Below are positions 36,562 through 46,198 of a stretch of DNA of 64,000 nt, piece by piece. The number at the start of each line of letters is the position of its first letter. Positions within the stretch are counted from its first letter, which is position 1. Source of the DNA: Gemmatimonadaceae bacterium (GTDB lineage: Bacteria; Gemmatimonadota; Gemmatimonadetes; Gemmatimonadales; Gemmatimonadaceae). A program made the position numbers and the translations under genes. Location of the stretch: NCBI GenBank assembly GCA_045804265.1, contig JBJMNK010000116.1, forward strand, positions 1,867 to 65,866. Reading direction: 5' to 3'. The notes beneath the pieces are model-generated. The model saw only the letters and a list, made by a program, of their open reading frames with translations, made no database searches and was not told the origin of the DNA.

Positions 36562-37263
36562 TCAGGCCGCGACGTGGAACAGCCGGCCGACGCCGGCGGT
36601 GATCGCCATCGCCAGTCCGCCCCACAGTGCAACCCGGAAGGCGCCGACCCATGGCGACGCGCCGCCCGTGCGCGCGGCGACTCCACCGAGCACGGCGAGC
36701 ATCACGATGCTGAAGACGACGACGAGTGGCGTGACGAGCCGCCAGGGTGCGATCGCGGCGAGCAGCACGGGAATGAGCGCGCCGATGGCGAAGCTCACCG
36801 CCGACGCCAGCGCGGCCTGCAGTGGCCGCGCCGAGAGAACTTCCGAGAGGCCGATCTCGTCGCGGGCGTGCGCGCCTAACGCGTCGTGGGCCATCAGCTG
36901 CGTCGCCACCTGCTCGGCAAGGTCGCGCGTGAGGCCACGTCCCTCGTAGATGGCGGTCAGCTCCTCGCGCTCGCCCGGCTCGTTTGCGGCGAGCGCTCGG
37001 CGCTCCACCTCCAGATCGGCGCGCTCGGTGTCGAGCTGCGATCCGACCGACACGTACTCGCCCGCGGCCATCGACATCGTGCCGGCGGCGAGCCCGGCGA
37101 CGGCGGCGGTGAGCACCGCCCCGCGAGCCGCGCTCGCCGCGGCAACGCCGACGATCAGGCTCGACGTCGAGATCAGCCCGTCGTTCGCGCCGAGCACCGC
37201 GGCGCGCAACCAGCCGACGCGGTGCGTGCGGTGCGCTTCACCGTGCATCGTCGATTCCGTCAT
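36562..37263 (-). CDS. VIT1/CCC1 family iron/manganese transporter
   Basis: VLGANDGLISTSSLIVGVA...MAAGEYVSV motifs. ATGA overlap with the upstream acylase stop. Confidence 0.85.
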   Translation of the reverse strand: MTESTMHGEAHRTHRVGWLRAAVLGANDGLISTSSLIVGVAAASAARGAVLTAAVAGLAAGTMSMAAGEYVSVGSQLDTERADLEVERRALAANEPGEREELTAIYEGRGLTRDLAEQVATQLMAHDALGAHARDEIGLSEVLSARPLQAALASAVSFAIGALIPVLLAAIAPWRLVTPLVVVFSIVMLAVLGGVAARTGGASPWVGAFRVALWGGLAMAITAGVGRLFHVAA

Positions 37264-39506
37264 TGGCCCGGATGGTAGGTGCGTTCGGTGTGCCCGACGA
37301 GCTGCGACGGATAGTAATAGACCTCGCGCAGGTTGCCACTGGCGTAGCGGAGCGCTTCGTCGTTGAAGTGCGGCGAGTCGGGGTGGCCACTCTCGCCACC
37401 AGCAGTGACCGCGCGGGCGCGAACGCTGTCGCCGAATTCGACGATCGCGACGAAGCTGTTGCCGCTGGTGCCGTAATACTTCTTCGTCCCCGGGTATCGA
37501 CGCGCGCCGAACGATGCGAGCGATCCCCACTGTGACGAAGTGAACGGGACCGGGATGCTCGGTGCGGCGTCGTTGAACGGCTGGACGATGTCGCCCGTCA
37601 GGCGCTGGAAGCGATTGATATCGCCCCACGGCGTGCGCCAGCTCCCGAAGTCACTCTCGAGGCGCGCCGACGCGTCGGCGAGCGCCTGCAGCTTCTCCTG
37701 CGCCGACATGCGCGTCGCCATGTAGTCGTAGGTGGACATGACCTCGTCGCGCTCTTCGGCGCGGGCGGCGCCCCAGAGTCGCTCGCCCCAGAAGACCGCG
37801 AGCGCGGTCGGTATCGATGTCGCCGACCAGCGGTAGTCCCACGAGCGGAGCAGCGCAACCTGGTCGGCGAGCTTCGCCTTGAGCGGATTCGACGCCGGCG
37901 TCGAGTCATAGGCGGCGGTCAGCGTCGGGATGAGCTGCGCGAACGCCGGGAGATACGAGTCGAATGCGGCGGTGTTGAGCGACGCGGCGGTGAAGTCGTG
38001 CTTGCCCTCGAGCAGCATGCGCGCGTGGATCCCGCGCGGATTCTCGCCGGCGGTGTCCATGTACCTCGGATAATTCTCGCGCTTCGGGCTGTAGGGACCG
38101 GCAGCCGAGTAGGGCCAGTCGTTGGTGTTGAAGATCCAGCCGTTAGGCGGGTTGAGCACGTGCGGCGCCGAGTCGAGCGGGGTGAGTCCCTTCCAGTCGG
38201 TGGCCGGGTCGCTGCCATCCACTGGGCGCGTGTAGTCGAAGCGGGCGTCGCGCCGCGGGATGAACTGCGGGTGGAGGTAGGCGATGTTCCCGCTGGCGTC
38301 GGCAAAGATCGTGTTGTTCGACGAGTTCGCGCGGAGCTGCGCGACCTTGACGAAGGAGATGAAGTCGGTCGCCTTGGTGCGCAGCCACGACTGCTCGAGC
38401 GCGGGCATCGGCGTGTTCATCAGCGCCACGCTGATCCACTTGCCGTTCGCCTCGCGCACGATCGGGCCGTGGTGGGTGCGGTAGACGGTGAAGCGACGTT
38501 GCTGCATGCTGCCGTCGGCGCCACGGTACGGCACCGTTATGACCGAGCTCGTGACCGGGCGTTCCTCGCTTCCATAGCGATAGGTGAGCCGCCCGCCGCG
38601 ATCGGTGATCGTCTCGGCGAATTCGTCGATGACGTCGACCCCGCTCGACGTGTGCATCCAGCCGGCGTGCGCGTTGAAGCCCTGGTAGATGAAGAACTGT
38701 CCCCACGTCGCCGCGCCGTAGGCATCGAGCCCTTCGTCGCTCGACATCTGCAGCTCGGAGCGGAAGAAGAACGACGTGTGCGGGTTGATCAGGAGCAGTG
38801 CGTGGTGGTTCGCGGTGTTGGAGGGGGCGATCGCGATGCCATTGGACCCGGTGGGCTCAGTGAACACCGTACGATCGGGCTCGCTCTCGCGCGCGGCGAG
38901 GAGCGCGCCGTCGTTAGGCGAGGCCATGGCGCCGACCATGTGCTTGCCGTAGAAGGCGCCGAGCTGCGAGATGGAGATGCTCTCGATGTCGCCGCCGATG
39001 CTTCCCTCGCTGAACGAGAGCGCCATCCAGGGCTCGAAACGCGTTATGACGCGGGGCTTCACCGAAGGATGCGTCGCGAGATAGTAATTCAGCCCGTCGG
39101 CCCAGGCGTTCATCAACTGCTGCAGCCAGACGGGACTCGCCGCGTACTGTGCCTTCAGGGTGTCGGGGTCGATGAAGAGCTTCATCCGCAGGTCCTGGTA
39201 GACCGCGGACTCGCCCTCGGCCTCGGCGAGACGGCCCATCGCGTTGATGAAGTTCGTCTCGACGCGATTGAAGTCGTCCTCGGCCTGCGCGTAGATCATC
39301 CCGAACACCGCGTCGGCGTCGGTCTTCCCGTGGACGTGCGCGATCCCCCAGTCGTCGCGGACGATCGTCACGCCCTGCGCGCGTTGCTGAAGGCGAGCGA
39401 GATCCGAGGCAGGCGTGGAGCTCGCAGGGGTGGTCGACGTGGCGACGGGCGCGCAGGCGGCGAGCAGGACGAGTGCGGCGGCTCGCAGGCGAACGGGAAG
39501 ACTCAT
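37260..39506 (-). CDS. Penicillin acylase family (S45 Ntn-hydrolase; AHL-acylase-like) protein
   Basis: Signal peptide. Autoprocessing site and nucleophile context FTEPTGSNGIAIAPSNTANHHALLLINPH. The length of about 750 aa is typical. Confidence 0.85.
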   Translation of the reverse strand: MSLPVRLRAAALVLLAACAPVATSTTPASSTPASDLARLQQRAQGVTIVRDDWGIAHVHGKTDADAVFGMIYAQAEDDFNRVETNFINAMGRLAEAEGESAVYQDLRMKLFIDPDTLKAQYAASPVWLQQLMNAWADGLNYYLATHPSVKPRVITRFEPWMALSFSEGSIGGDIESISISQLGAFYGKHMVGAMASPNDGALLAARESEPDRTVFTEPTGSNGIAIAPSNTANHHALLLINPHTSFFFRSELQMSSDEGLDAYGAATWGQFFIYQGFNAHAGWMHTSSGVDVIDEFAETITDRGGRLTYRYGSEERPVTSSVITVPYRGADGSMQQRRFTVYRTHHGPIVREANGKWISVALMNTPMPALEQSWLRTKATDFISFVKVAQLRANSSNNTIFADASGNIAYLHPQFIPRRDARFDYTRPVDGSDPATDWKGLTPLDSAPHVLNPPNGWIFNTNDWPYSAAGPYSPKRENYPRYMDTAGENPRGIHARMLLEGKHDFTAASLNTAAFDSYLPAFAQLIPTLTAAYDSTPASNPLKAKLADQVALLRSWDYRWSATSIPTALAVFWGERLWGAARAEERDEVMSTYDYMATRMSAQEKLQALADASARLESDFGSWRTPWGDINRFQRLTGDIVQPFNDAAPSIPVPFTSSQWGSLASFGARRYPGTKKYYGTSGNSFVAIVEFGDSVRARAVTAGGESGHPDSPHFNDEALRYASGNLREVYYYPSQLVGHTERTYHPGQ

Positions 39507-39699
39507 GGCGCGGATCGGAGAGGTGAATCGCGAAGCTCGATGGCGTGCGCCAAAGATACGCGCCGATCCCGCGGGTGGCGATTGTCAAAGATCTGGCGCG
39601 TGTTGGACGAGCGTCTTCCGATGCGGATCGAGAGGTATCTCGATCAGCATCGCGATCGCTCAACGGTTACGCGTGCCGGATGGCCGTAACGGTGGAACG

Positions 39700-40041
39700 A
39701 CAATCACGCGGATTACGCGGACTACACGGATCGCTCCTCGACGGGGGAGCTCCATGCGACGGGGCTGAACAATTTGGGGGCACGCGAGGCGAGATCGTCG
39801 CACCCTGCGTGCCCCAATCAGTTCACCCCGCCATCCCGACCTTTGCCCTCGCGGCAGTTCTTAGCGGTGGAAATGAAGTTGCTGATATTCAACAGCTAAT
39901 GAACCGCTGAGAACCGCTGCGCCATTCGAAGGCTCGCGGTCGCATGCAGGCCGAAGCGTTTCGCCGGATGCCGACGACCGGAGCGGAGCCCGGCCCGCCG
40001 GTTGGAGCAATCCGCGTGATCCGCGTAATCCGCGTGATTGT
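39700..40041. repeat. 342-bp MITE-like element with 35-bp terminal inverted repeats built from tandem CACGCGGAT-like 9-mers
   Basis: The left TIR is ACAATCACGCGGATTACGCGGACTACACGGATCGC. The reverse complement of the right TIR is ACAATCACGCGGATTACGCGGATCACGCGGATTGC. An internal hairpin TTGGGGGCACGC...GCGTGCCCCAA lies at 39774-39817. Confidence 0.65.
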
Positions 40042-40113
40042 AGGTCACCCGTTGACCTCCTTCCGCGCGCACGACCACAGGCCGCGCATGCGCCTAACGA
40101 TACAGCCCGCGGG

Positions 40114-40716
40114 TCAGTGCGGCTTGGTCGCTCCTTTCCGCTCCGGCGAGGCGATCGCCTCGAGGAGGAGGCGCTCGAGCTCTTCGTCCTTCGTCTCGGC
40201 CAATCGCGCGGGCGCGCAGGGGAGGCGGCGACGCGCGGGGCGGTCGAGCGACTCGAAGCAGATCCACCCGCGCTGGAATTCGCCGAGGTAATGCTTCGGA
40301 CGCCCGGTGCGCGAGAGCCCGGGGATGACTGGCCACGCCCGCCACTGCTCGCCTCTGCTGTCGCGGAACTCGCGGACAGTGTGTTCACCGAGCTGCTCGC
40401 GGGCATCGTCGAGGTCGGCGAGAAGCGTCGTTTCACGGGCGTCGGCGGAATCCGAGGGTGGTGGGGACTGGTGGGCCTTCTCCTTCTCCTGCTCCTTCGC
40501 CTGATCCTGAGCGATGTGGCGCCGAAGCGAGATCGCTTCACCGGCAGCTACCGCCGCGGCGAGCAGCGAGTCCTCGATCTCGCGGATCTCCGCGCTCGTC
40601 TTGGTGGCGACGCCACCAGCTTCAGCAGCGCAGGCATCGTGCAGCCGGCGCGAGAGCTCGTCTTCCGCTTCCTGAAGAATCGGCTTGAGCTGGTCGTTCT
40701 TCGCGGGTTCGGTCAT
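40114..40716 (-). CDS. Hypothetical protein
   Basis: Open frame with normal codon bias: MTEPAKNDQLKPILQEAEDELSRRLHD...WRAWPVIPG...GWICFESLDRPARRRL. No family name recalled. Confidence 0.5.
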   Translation of the reverse strand: MTEPAKNDQLKPILQEAEDELSRRLHDACAAEAGGVATKTSAEIREIEDSLLAAAVAAGEAISLRRHIAQDQAKEQEKEKAHQSPPPSDSADARETTLLADLDDAREQLGEHTVREFRDSRGEQWRAWPVIPGLSRTGRPKHYLGEFQRGWICFESLDRPARRRLPCAPARLAETKDEELERLLLEAIASPERKGATKPH

Positions 40717-40863
40717 GCGATCCTCAGTACGCGCTCGATTGCAGTGCCCGGCCATTCCGACCAGAAAGAAGTGCAGGGGTCGAGCCAGAATTTGGGGTCA
40801 GGTCACGTATACACCGTGCCTCGCCAAACCAGTCCTGCCCTCCTGATCAACGGATGAATTGAA

Positions 40864-40924
40864 CAGGAGGCACAGAGAGCACAGAGAGGTTTGATCAATC
40901 CCTCTGTGCCCTCTGTGCCTCCTG
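40864..40924. repeat. Family A palindromic element
   Basis: CAGGAGGCACAGAGAGCACAGAGAGG-TTTGATCAATC-CCTCTGTGCCCTCTGTGCCTCCTG. Confidence 0.8.
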
Positions 40925-41174
40925 TGGATTTGCCGTTGAAGTTGCAGGTGCTGTAAGTGATTCAGCTTCTGAGTGCCCTCGCTTCCTCCCGTGATCTGCC
41001 CTTCTCCCAACGTCGCTCTCGATGACTCCGCGCGGCGACGAGGAACCGGCGAGCCGGTGAAGCGGACGACCGGTCATCGTCAGGCCGGCGGACCGGAGAC
41101 GAGTTCGACAGGACGGTTCAGAGCGTACGGTCGCGCGACGGCTGCGATGGCGCGAACCCTCCGCATTTCGTGGA

Positions 41175-41203
41175 TTGACATCGCGGCCTGAAACGCCCAT
41201 AGT
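41175..41203 (+). promoter_or_regulatory. Sigma70-like promoter candidate (TTGACA-17 nt-CATAGT)
   Basis: TTGACA lies at 41175-41180 and CATAGT at 41198-41203, about 220 nt upstream of the 41423 CDS. Whether E. coli-type consensus applies to this organism is unknown. Confidence 0.3.
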
Positions 41204-41422
41204 CGGCACGACGGACTCCTCGAGTCCCGGTGCGATGTGCCGCGAACCGTTGCTTCTCATTCTGATCCAGCCGGCCTGACACGGAGCGCTGCTCGCGCCC
41301 TGACAGGTCGGCTTTTTCATTTGCCGGTCTTCGATGTGAAGATGACCGGTGTTGCTCCACCCGGGCCATTGCGCCACTGAATCGATCAGCGCCGTCACGG
41401 CCCGACTGATCGGGAGGCCACG

Positions 41423-41986
41423 ATGACATATCACATGGCGGCACTGACACTCTGCGTCTTCACGGCTGGCATCAGCGCATGCGCCGACCGTGCTACGGCT
41501 CCCGACGCAGACGGGGGTGCGGCCCGCAGTCCGGCGCGCGCGGAAACTTTCGCGGTCACTTCCGCTGGCGCCGAACAGGCGTGGGGAACGAGCGCGTTCA
41601 TCGGCGATGGAAGCGAGTACCGGGAGTGCCTCGGCGAGGTCGTACACATCCACAATGAGATGCCCATCCGCTGGCACCGGGTGATCGCGCCATCGGGCAA
41701 CGTAATGTTCAGTGATCCCTTCATTCCGAACGCAGGAACCGGGCAAACAGAAGGGCTGACGAGCGGCAGGATCTGGACGCTCGATCGCGTCGTGAGCCCG
41801 GAAGTGATCAATACGAATGCCGGGGTCGAACAGCACTTCGTGGCGGTGCTGTACTGGGCGCGCCCGACGGGACCGAACTTCACCATGGAAAACACTTATC
41901 GTTTCGTACAGAACGCGAACGGTGACGTCACGATGAACAGCTTCGAGGCGCGCTGCGTGTTGCAGGGTCGCACGCCTAACGTGTAG
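41423..41986 (+). CDS. Hypothetical lipoprotein
   Basis: GGGAGG lies upstream of the ATG. Lipobox ALTLCVFTAGISAC. No family recognised. Confidence 0.55.
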   Translation: MTYHMAALTLCVFTAGISACADRATAPDADGGAARSPARAETFAVTSAGAEQAWGTSAFIGDGSEYRECLGEVVHIHNEMPIRWHRVIAPSGNVMFSDPFIPNAGTGQTEGLTSGRIWTLDRVVSPEVINTNAGVEQHFVAVLYWARPTGPNFTMENTYRFVQNANGDVTMNSFEARCVLQGRTPNV

Positions 41987-42041
41987 GCGGGGGCTCCAGC
42001 TCGCCCTGGGTATCCGCCCCCCAATGTTCGCGGCCCAATTA

Positions 42042-42076
42042 GCCTCGACTCCGGCGGATGGCGGCGGAGTCGAGGC
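42042..42076 (+). terminator. Hairpin downstream of hypothetical lipoprotein gene
   Basis: GCCTCGACTCC-(13 nt)-GGAGTCGAGGC. Confidence 0.35.
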
Positions 42077-42117
42077 AACTACTCTCCGTAACGCTTCCCG
42101 AGCAATAACTTCCAGTC

Positions 42118-44226
42118 GTGACGCGACCCATCCACGCTCTCGACTCGCCATTCGTGCGCACCGCCGCCGCTGCAACGATCCTGCTCCTCTGCGCCGCTGC
42201 CCCGCTCTACGCCCAGACGCAGCCCTCCCCCGCGATCGATCCCCCTTCCGCGACCGCGACCCGCCCGATCCCCGGCCCCGTCTACGAGATCCCCGAGTAT
42301 TCGCGCGCGGTGACCAACGGTACGCGCTCGCGCGACGGTCGCCCCGGTACGAAGTACTGGGTGAACCGCGCGTCATACTCGATCGACGCCACCCTCGACG
42401 ACGCGCGGCATCGTGTGATCGCGCACGAGGTGGTCCTCTATCGCAACAATTCGCCGGACACGCTGCGCCGGGTCGCGGTGCATCTCCGACAGAATGCCTT
42501 CGTCGCCGGCAACGCCCGCAACCAGCCGGCCCCAGTGACGAACGGGATGTTGCTCTCGCGCGTGGCGGTGAACGGCCAGCAGGTCATCGCGCGGTCTAAC
42601 GGTCCGGCGGCGCTGCCGATCACGTCGGTCGGGAAGCGTCGGGTGTCGACGGAGACTGGCTACATAATCGACGGCACCGTGATGTGGCTGCAGCTCGCCG
42701 CGCCGATCCTCCCGGGCGAGAGCGCAAGACTGGAATTCGCCTGGAGCTACGAGCCGCCACTCTCGCCATCCGATGGTCGGCAGGGGCGTGAGGAGCAGCT
42801 ATACATGGCCGGCTACTGGTACCCGCAGGTCGCGGTCTACGACGACGTCACCGGATGGGTGGCCGACCAGTACACGTTAGGCGCCGAGTTCTACATGGAT
42901 CACGCCGACTACGACGTGCGCCTGACGGTGCCGCATGGCTGGGTGATCGGCGCGACCGGGACGCTGCAGAACGCGAGCGAGGTCCTGTCGGCGAGCGCTC
43001 GCTCGCGACTGGCCGATGCTCGGCGCACGGGCGCGGTCATCCATGTCGTCGAGCCGGGGAAGGGGGCAGCATCCGCGTTCACCGGCAAGGGGACGACGGC
43101 GACCTGGCACTTCGTCGCGTCCGACGTCCGTGACTTCTTCTGGGGGACGAGCAACCGTTATGTCTGGGACGCGACGCGCGCGCTCGTCGCCCGCGACGGT
43201 GCGCCGGCCGGCGGTGCGCCGGCCGGCGGTGCGCCGGCCGGCGGTGCGCCGGATACGGTCGACATCTTCAGCTTCTACCGGCGGAGCGCGGCGGCGGCGG
43301 CCTGGCCGTTAGGCGGGGCGCGGCTCACCCGCGACGCGATCGAGCAGCTCTCGAAGTACCTCTGGAAGTACCCGTGGCCGGTCATGTCGTCGATGGAAGG
43401 GGTGCTGGAGAGCGGCGGGATGGAGTACCCGATGGTGACGACGATGCAGCCGTGGGCGGACACGCTCTCGCTCGCCGGTGACCTCATGCACGAGACGGGA
43501 CACATGTGGTTCCCGATGCAGGTCGGGTCGAACGAGACGCGCTATCCGTGGATGGACGAGGGATTCACCCAGTTCGACGTCGCGCAGGCGATGCGGCCAC
43601 TCTATGGCGAACCGCGTGCAGGCGGACGGCCCGGCGACTCGGAGCCGGGACAGCGCGAGCTCTACCTCCGCGTCGCGCGCAGCGGGCGAGACATGACGCT
43701 GATGTGGAACGGCGACCTGTACCCGCCGAACCTCTACTTCATCATGTTCTACGACAAGACCGCGGCGGCGCTGGCCGCGCTGCGCGGCGTGATCGGCGAG
43801 GAGACGTTCCACCGCGCATACCGTGAATACGGCCGCCGCTGGACGGGGAAGCACCCCTACCCGTACGATTTCTTCAACACCGTGAACGACGTCGCCGGCC
43901 AGGATCTGTCATGGTTCTGGCAGAGCTGGTTTTATCAGCCCTGGCCGCTGGACCAGGCGGTAGCTTCGGTGCAGGCCGCCGGCGACTCGACGGCGATCAC
44001 CATCGAGGACCGCGGCCTCGCGCCGATGCCCGTCCGCCTGACGGTGACGCGGAGCGACGGGACGAAGCAGCAGCTCATGCTGCCCGTGACGGTGTGGCTG
44101 GGTGGCTCGCGGCGGCAGGTCGTGCGCGTCGCATCGCGCCCGGCGGTGACGAGAGTCGAGATCGATCCTGAAGGCTTCTTTCCTGACATGAACAGGCAGA
44201 ACCAGCTCTGGGAGAACAGCAAATGA
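42118..44226 (+). CDS. M1 family metallopeptidase (secreted)
   Basis: Zinc motif HETGHMWFPMQVGSNETRYPWMDEGF (HExxH-18-E). Signal-like N-terminus. GTG start. Confidence 0.85.
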   Translation: MTRPIHALDSPFVRTAAAATILLLCAAAPLYAQTQPSPAIDPPSATATRPIPGPVYEIPEYSRAVTNGTRSRDGRPGTKYWVNRASYSIDATLDDARHRVIAHEVVLYRNNSPDTLRRVAVHLRQNAFVAGNARNQPAPVTNGMLLSRVAVNGQQVIARSNGPAALPITSVGKRRVSTETGYIIDGTVMWLQLAAPILPGESARLEFAWSYEPPLSPSDGRQGREEQLYMAGYWYPQVAVYDDVTGWVADQYTLGAEFYMDHADYDVRLTVPHGWVIGATGTLQNASEVLSASARSRLADARRTGAVIHVVEPGKGAASAFTGKGTTATWHFVASDVRDFFWGTSNRYVWDATRALVARDGAPAGGAPAGGAPAGGAPDTVDIFSFYRRSAAAAAWPLGGARLTRDAIEQLSKYLWKYPWPVMSSMEGVLESGGMEYPMVTTMQPWADTLSLAGDLMHETGHMWFPMQVGSNETRYPWMDEGFTQFDVAQAMRPLYGEPRAGGRPGDSEPGQRELYLRVARSGRDMTLMWNGDLYPPNLYFIMFYDKTAAALAALRGVIGEETFHRAYREYGRRWTGKHPYPYDFFNTVNDVAGQDLSWFWQSWFYQPWPLDQAVASVQAAGDSTAITIEDRGLAPMPVRLTVTRSDGTKQQLMLPVTVWLGGSRRQVVRVASRPAVTRVEIDPEGFFPDMNRQNQLWENSK

Positions 44227-46193
44227 TCGCGAGCAACAGGCGCGGGCGGTGGAGCATGCAGCTTCTGGAGCCGGCGCTGGTCGGTGCCGCGGCGCTCGTC
44301 GTATCGCCTAACGCGTCGGCAGCCCAGGCGCCGGCTGCGCGAGTTGCGACGCCATCGCTATACCAGCCCCGCGCGGTCCGCGCCGCCTATGCGAAGGGAA
44401 CGCGTTCCCCGGACGGACGTCCCGGCGCGAAGTACTGGCAGAACCACGGGCGCTACGCGATCACCGTCACGGCCGCGCCGCCGAGTCGCGCGATCACGGG
44501 GACAGAGCAGATCACCTACTGGAACGCGAGCCCCGATTCGCTGCACACGCTGATCATCAAGCTGCTGCTCAACACTCACAAGCCAGGCGCTCCGCGCGAC
44601 GGCGGCGCTGATTCGCTGTACCTGACGTCGGGGGTGCACATCGACCGCGTCACGGTGAACGGCCAGCCTTTCCCATGGCAGGAGTCCGGGCGCTACTTCA
44701 CCTGGGCACCGCTGCGCCTGACGTCTCCGGTCGCGCCGGGGGACTCGATCCGCCTGACGTTCGACTGGCACTTCGACCTCTCGCGCGAGAGTGGCCGCGA
44801 GGGGATGATCGACTCGACCACCGCCTTCCTCGCCTACTTCTATCCCCGCGTTGCCGTCTACGACGACTACAATGGCTGGGACACGATGACGTTCACGGGG
44901 AGTCAGGAGTTCTACAGCGACTTCAACGACTACGACGTCACCGTGAACGCGCCGGCGAACTTCATCGTCTGGGGGACGGGCACGTTAGGCAACGCGTCGG
45001 CGGTGCTGCAGCCGGCGGTGGTCGATCGTTACCAGCGATCGCTGACCGCCGACACCACCGTGCACGTGGTGACGAAGGAGGATCTCGCCGCGCATCGCGT
45101 CACCGCGCAGCAGCCGCAGAACGCCTGGCACTTCTCGGCGCGCAACGTCCCCGACATGGCGTTCGCGATCAGCGACCACTACGACTGGGACGCGACCAGC
45201 GTCGACGTCGATGACGCGACGCAGCGCCGCGCCAGCGCCAACGCGGCGTTCGCCGATTCGTCGAAGGACTACCACCGGGTCGCGCAGTACGCGCGCCACT
45301 CGCTCGACTGGCTCTCGCACAACTGGCCGGGCGTCCCGTACCCGTACGAGAAGTCGACCGTCGTGCAGGGCTTCGCCGGGATGGAGTACCCGATGATGGC
45401 CAACGACGAGACGTACAGCGACACGGTCTTCTCCCGCTTCGTCGCCGAGCACGAGATCGCGCACACGTACTTCCCCTTCTACATGGGGATCAACGAGACG
45501 CGCTACGCCTTCATGGACGAAGGCTGGGCGACGACGTTCGAGTACCTGATCGGCACCGCCGATCTCGGCCACGAACGGGCAACCGAGTTCTTCAAGCAAT
45601 TCCGCGTCAACAGCTGGATCAGCAGCTCCTCGCCGGTCGAGGACCTGCCGATCATCACCCCCGAGGACGTCCTCCGCGCCGAGGCGTGGGGGAACAACGC
45701 CTATGGCAAGGCGGCGTTAGGCTATCTCGCGCTGAAGGACATGCTCGGCGACGACGTGTTCCGGGCGTCGCTGCACGCGTTCATGGACCGCTGGCACGGC
45801 AAGCACCCCATCCCCTGGGACTTCTTCAACACCGTCAACGACGTCTCGAAGAGGAATCTCGACTGGTTCTGGAACAGCTGGTACTTCCAGAACAGCTACA
45901 TCGACATCGGCGTGACCGGAGCGACGAAGACGCGCGGCGGCTACAGCCTGACGCTGGCGAACATCGGCGGGATGCCAGCGCCGGTGGACCTGAAGCTGAC
46001 GTATAGTGACGGCGGCAGCGCGACCGTGCACGAGACGTCGGCGATCTGGCAGGCGAACCAGCAGCGTGCTAGCATAACGCTCCCGACGAAGAAGGGGCTG
46101 CGGTCAGTCGCGCTCGACCACTCGATCTGGGTCGACGCCGACACGACGAACGATTCCTGGCCGACCCACCCCCACCCACCCGCGACCCACTGA
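44223..46193 (+). CDS. M1 family metallopeptidase (paralogue, secreted)
   Basis: ATGA overlap with the upstream stop. Zinc motif HEIAHTYFPFYMGINETRYAFMDEGW. Confidence 0.85.
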   Translation: MIASNRRGRWSMQLLEPALVGAAALVVSPNASAAQAPAARVATPSLYQPRAVRAAYAKGTRSPDGRPGAKYWQNHGRYAITVTAAPPSRAITGTEQITYWNASPDSLHTLIIKLLLNTHKPGAPRDGGADSLYLTSGVHIDRVTVNGQPFPWQESGRYFTWAPLRLTSPVAPGDSIRLTFDWHFDLSRESGREGMIDSTTAFLAYFYPRVAVYDDYNGWDTMTFTGSQEFYSDFNDYDVTVNAPANFIVWGTGTLGNASAVLQPAVVDRYQRSLTADTTVHVVTKEDLAAHRVTAQQPQNAWHFSARNVPDMAFAISDHYDWDATSVDVDDATQRRASANAAFADSSKDYHRVAQYARHSLDWLSHNWPGVPYPYEKSTVVQGFAGMEYPMMANDETYSDTVFSRFVAEHEIAHTYFPFYMGINETRYAFMDEGWATTFEYLIGTADLGHERATEFFKQFRVNSWISSSSPVEDLPIITPEDVLRAEAWGNNAYGKAALGYLALKDMLGDDVFRASLHAFMDRWHGKHPIPWDFFNTVNDVSKRNLDWFWNSWYFQNSYIDIGVTGATKTRGGYSLTLANIGGMPAPVDLKLTYSDGGSATVHETSAIWQANQQRASITLPTKKGLRSVALDHSIWVDADTTNDSWPTHPHPPATH

Positions 46194-46198
46194 CGCCG

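Noticed and set aside
39507-41422. The repeat-rich, slightly lower-GC interval as a genomic, defence or prophage island
   Set aside because: It has no integrase, transposase, tRNA target, toxin-antitoxin or defence-type domains. It contains only two small hypothetical genes and non-autonomous repeats.
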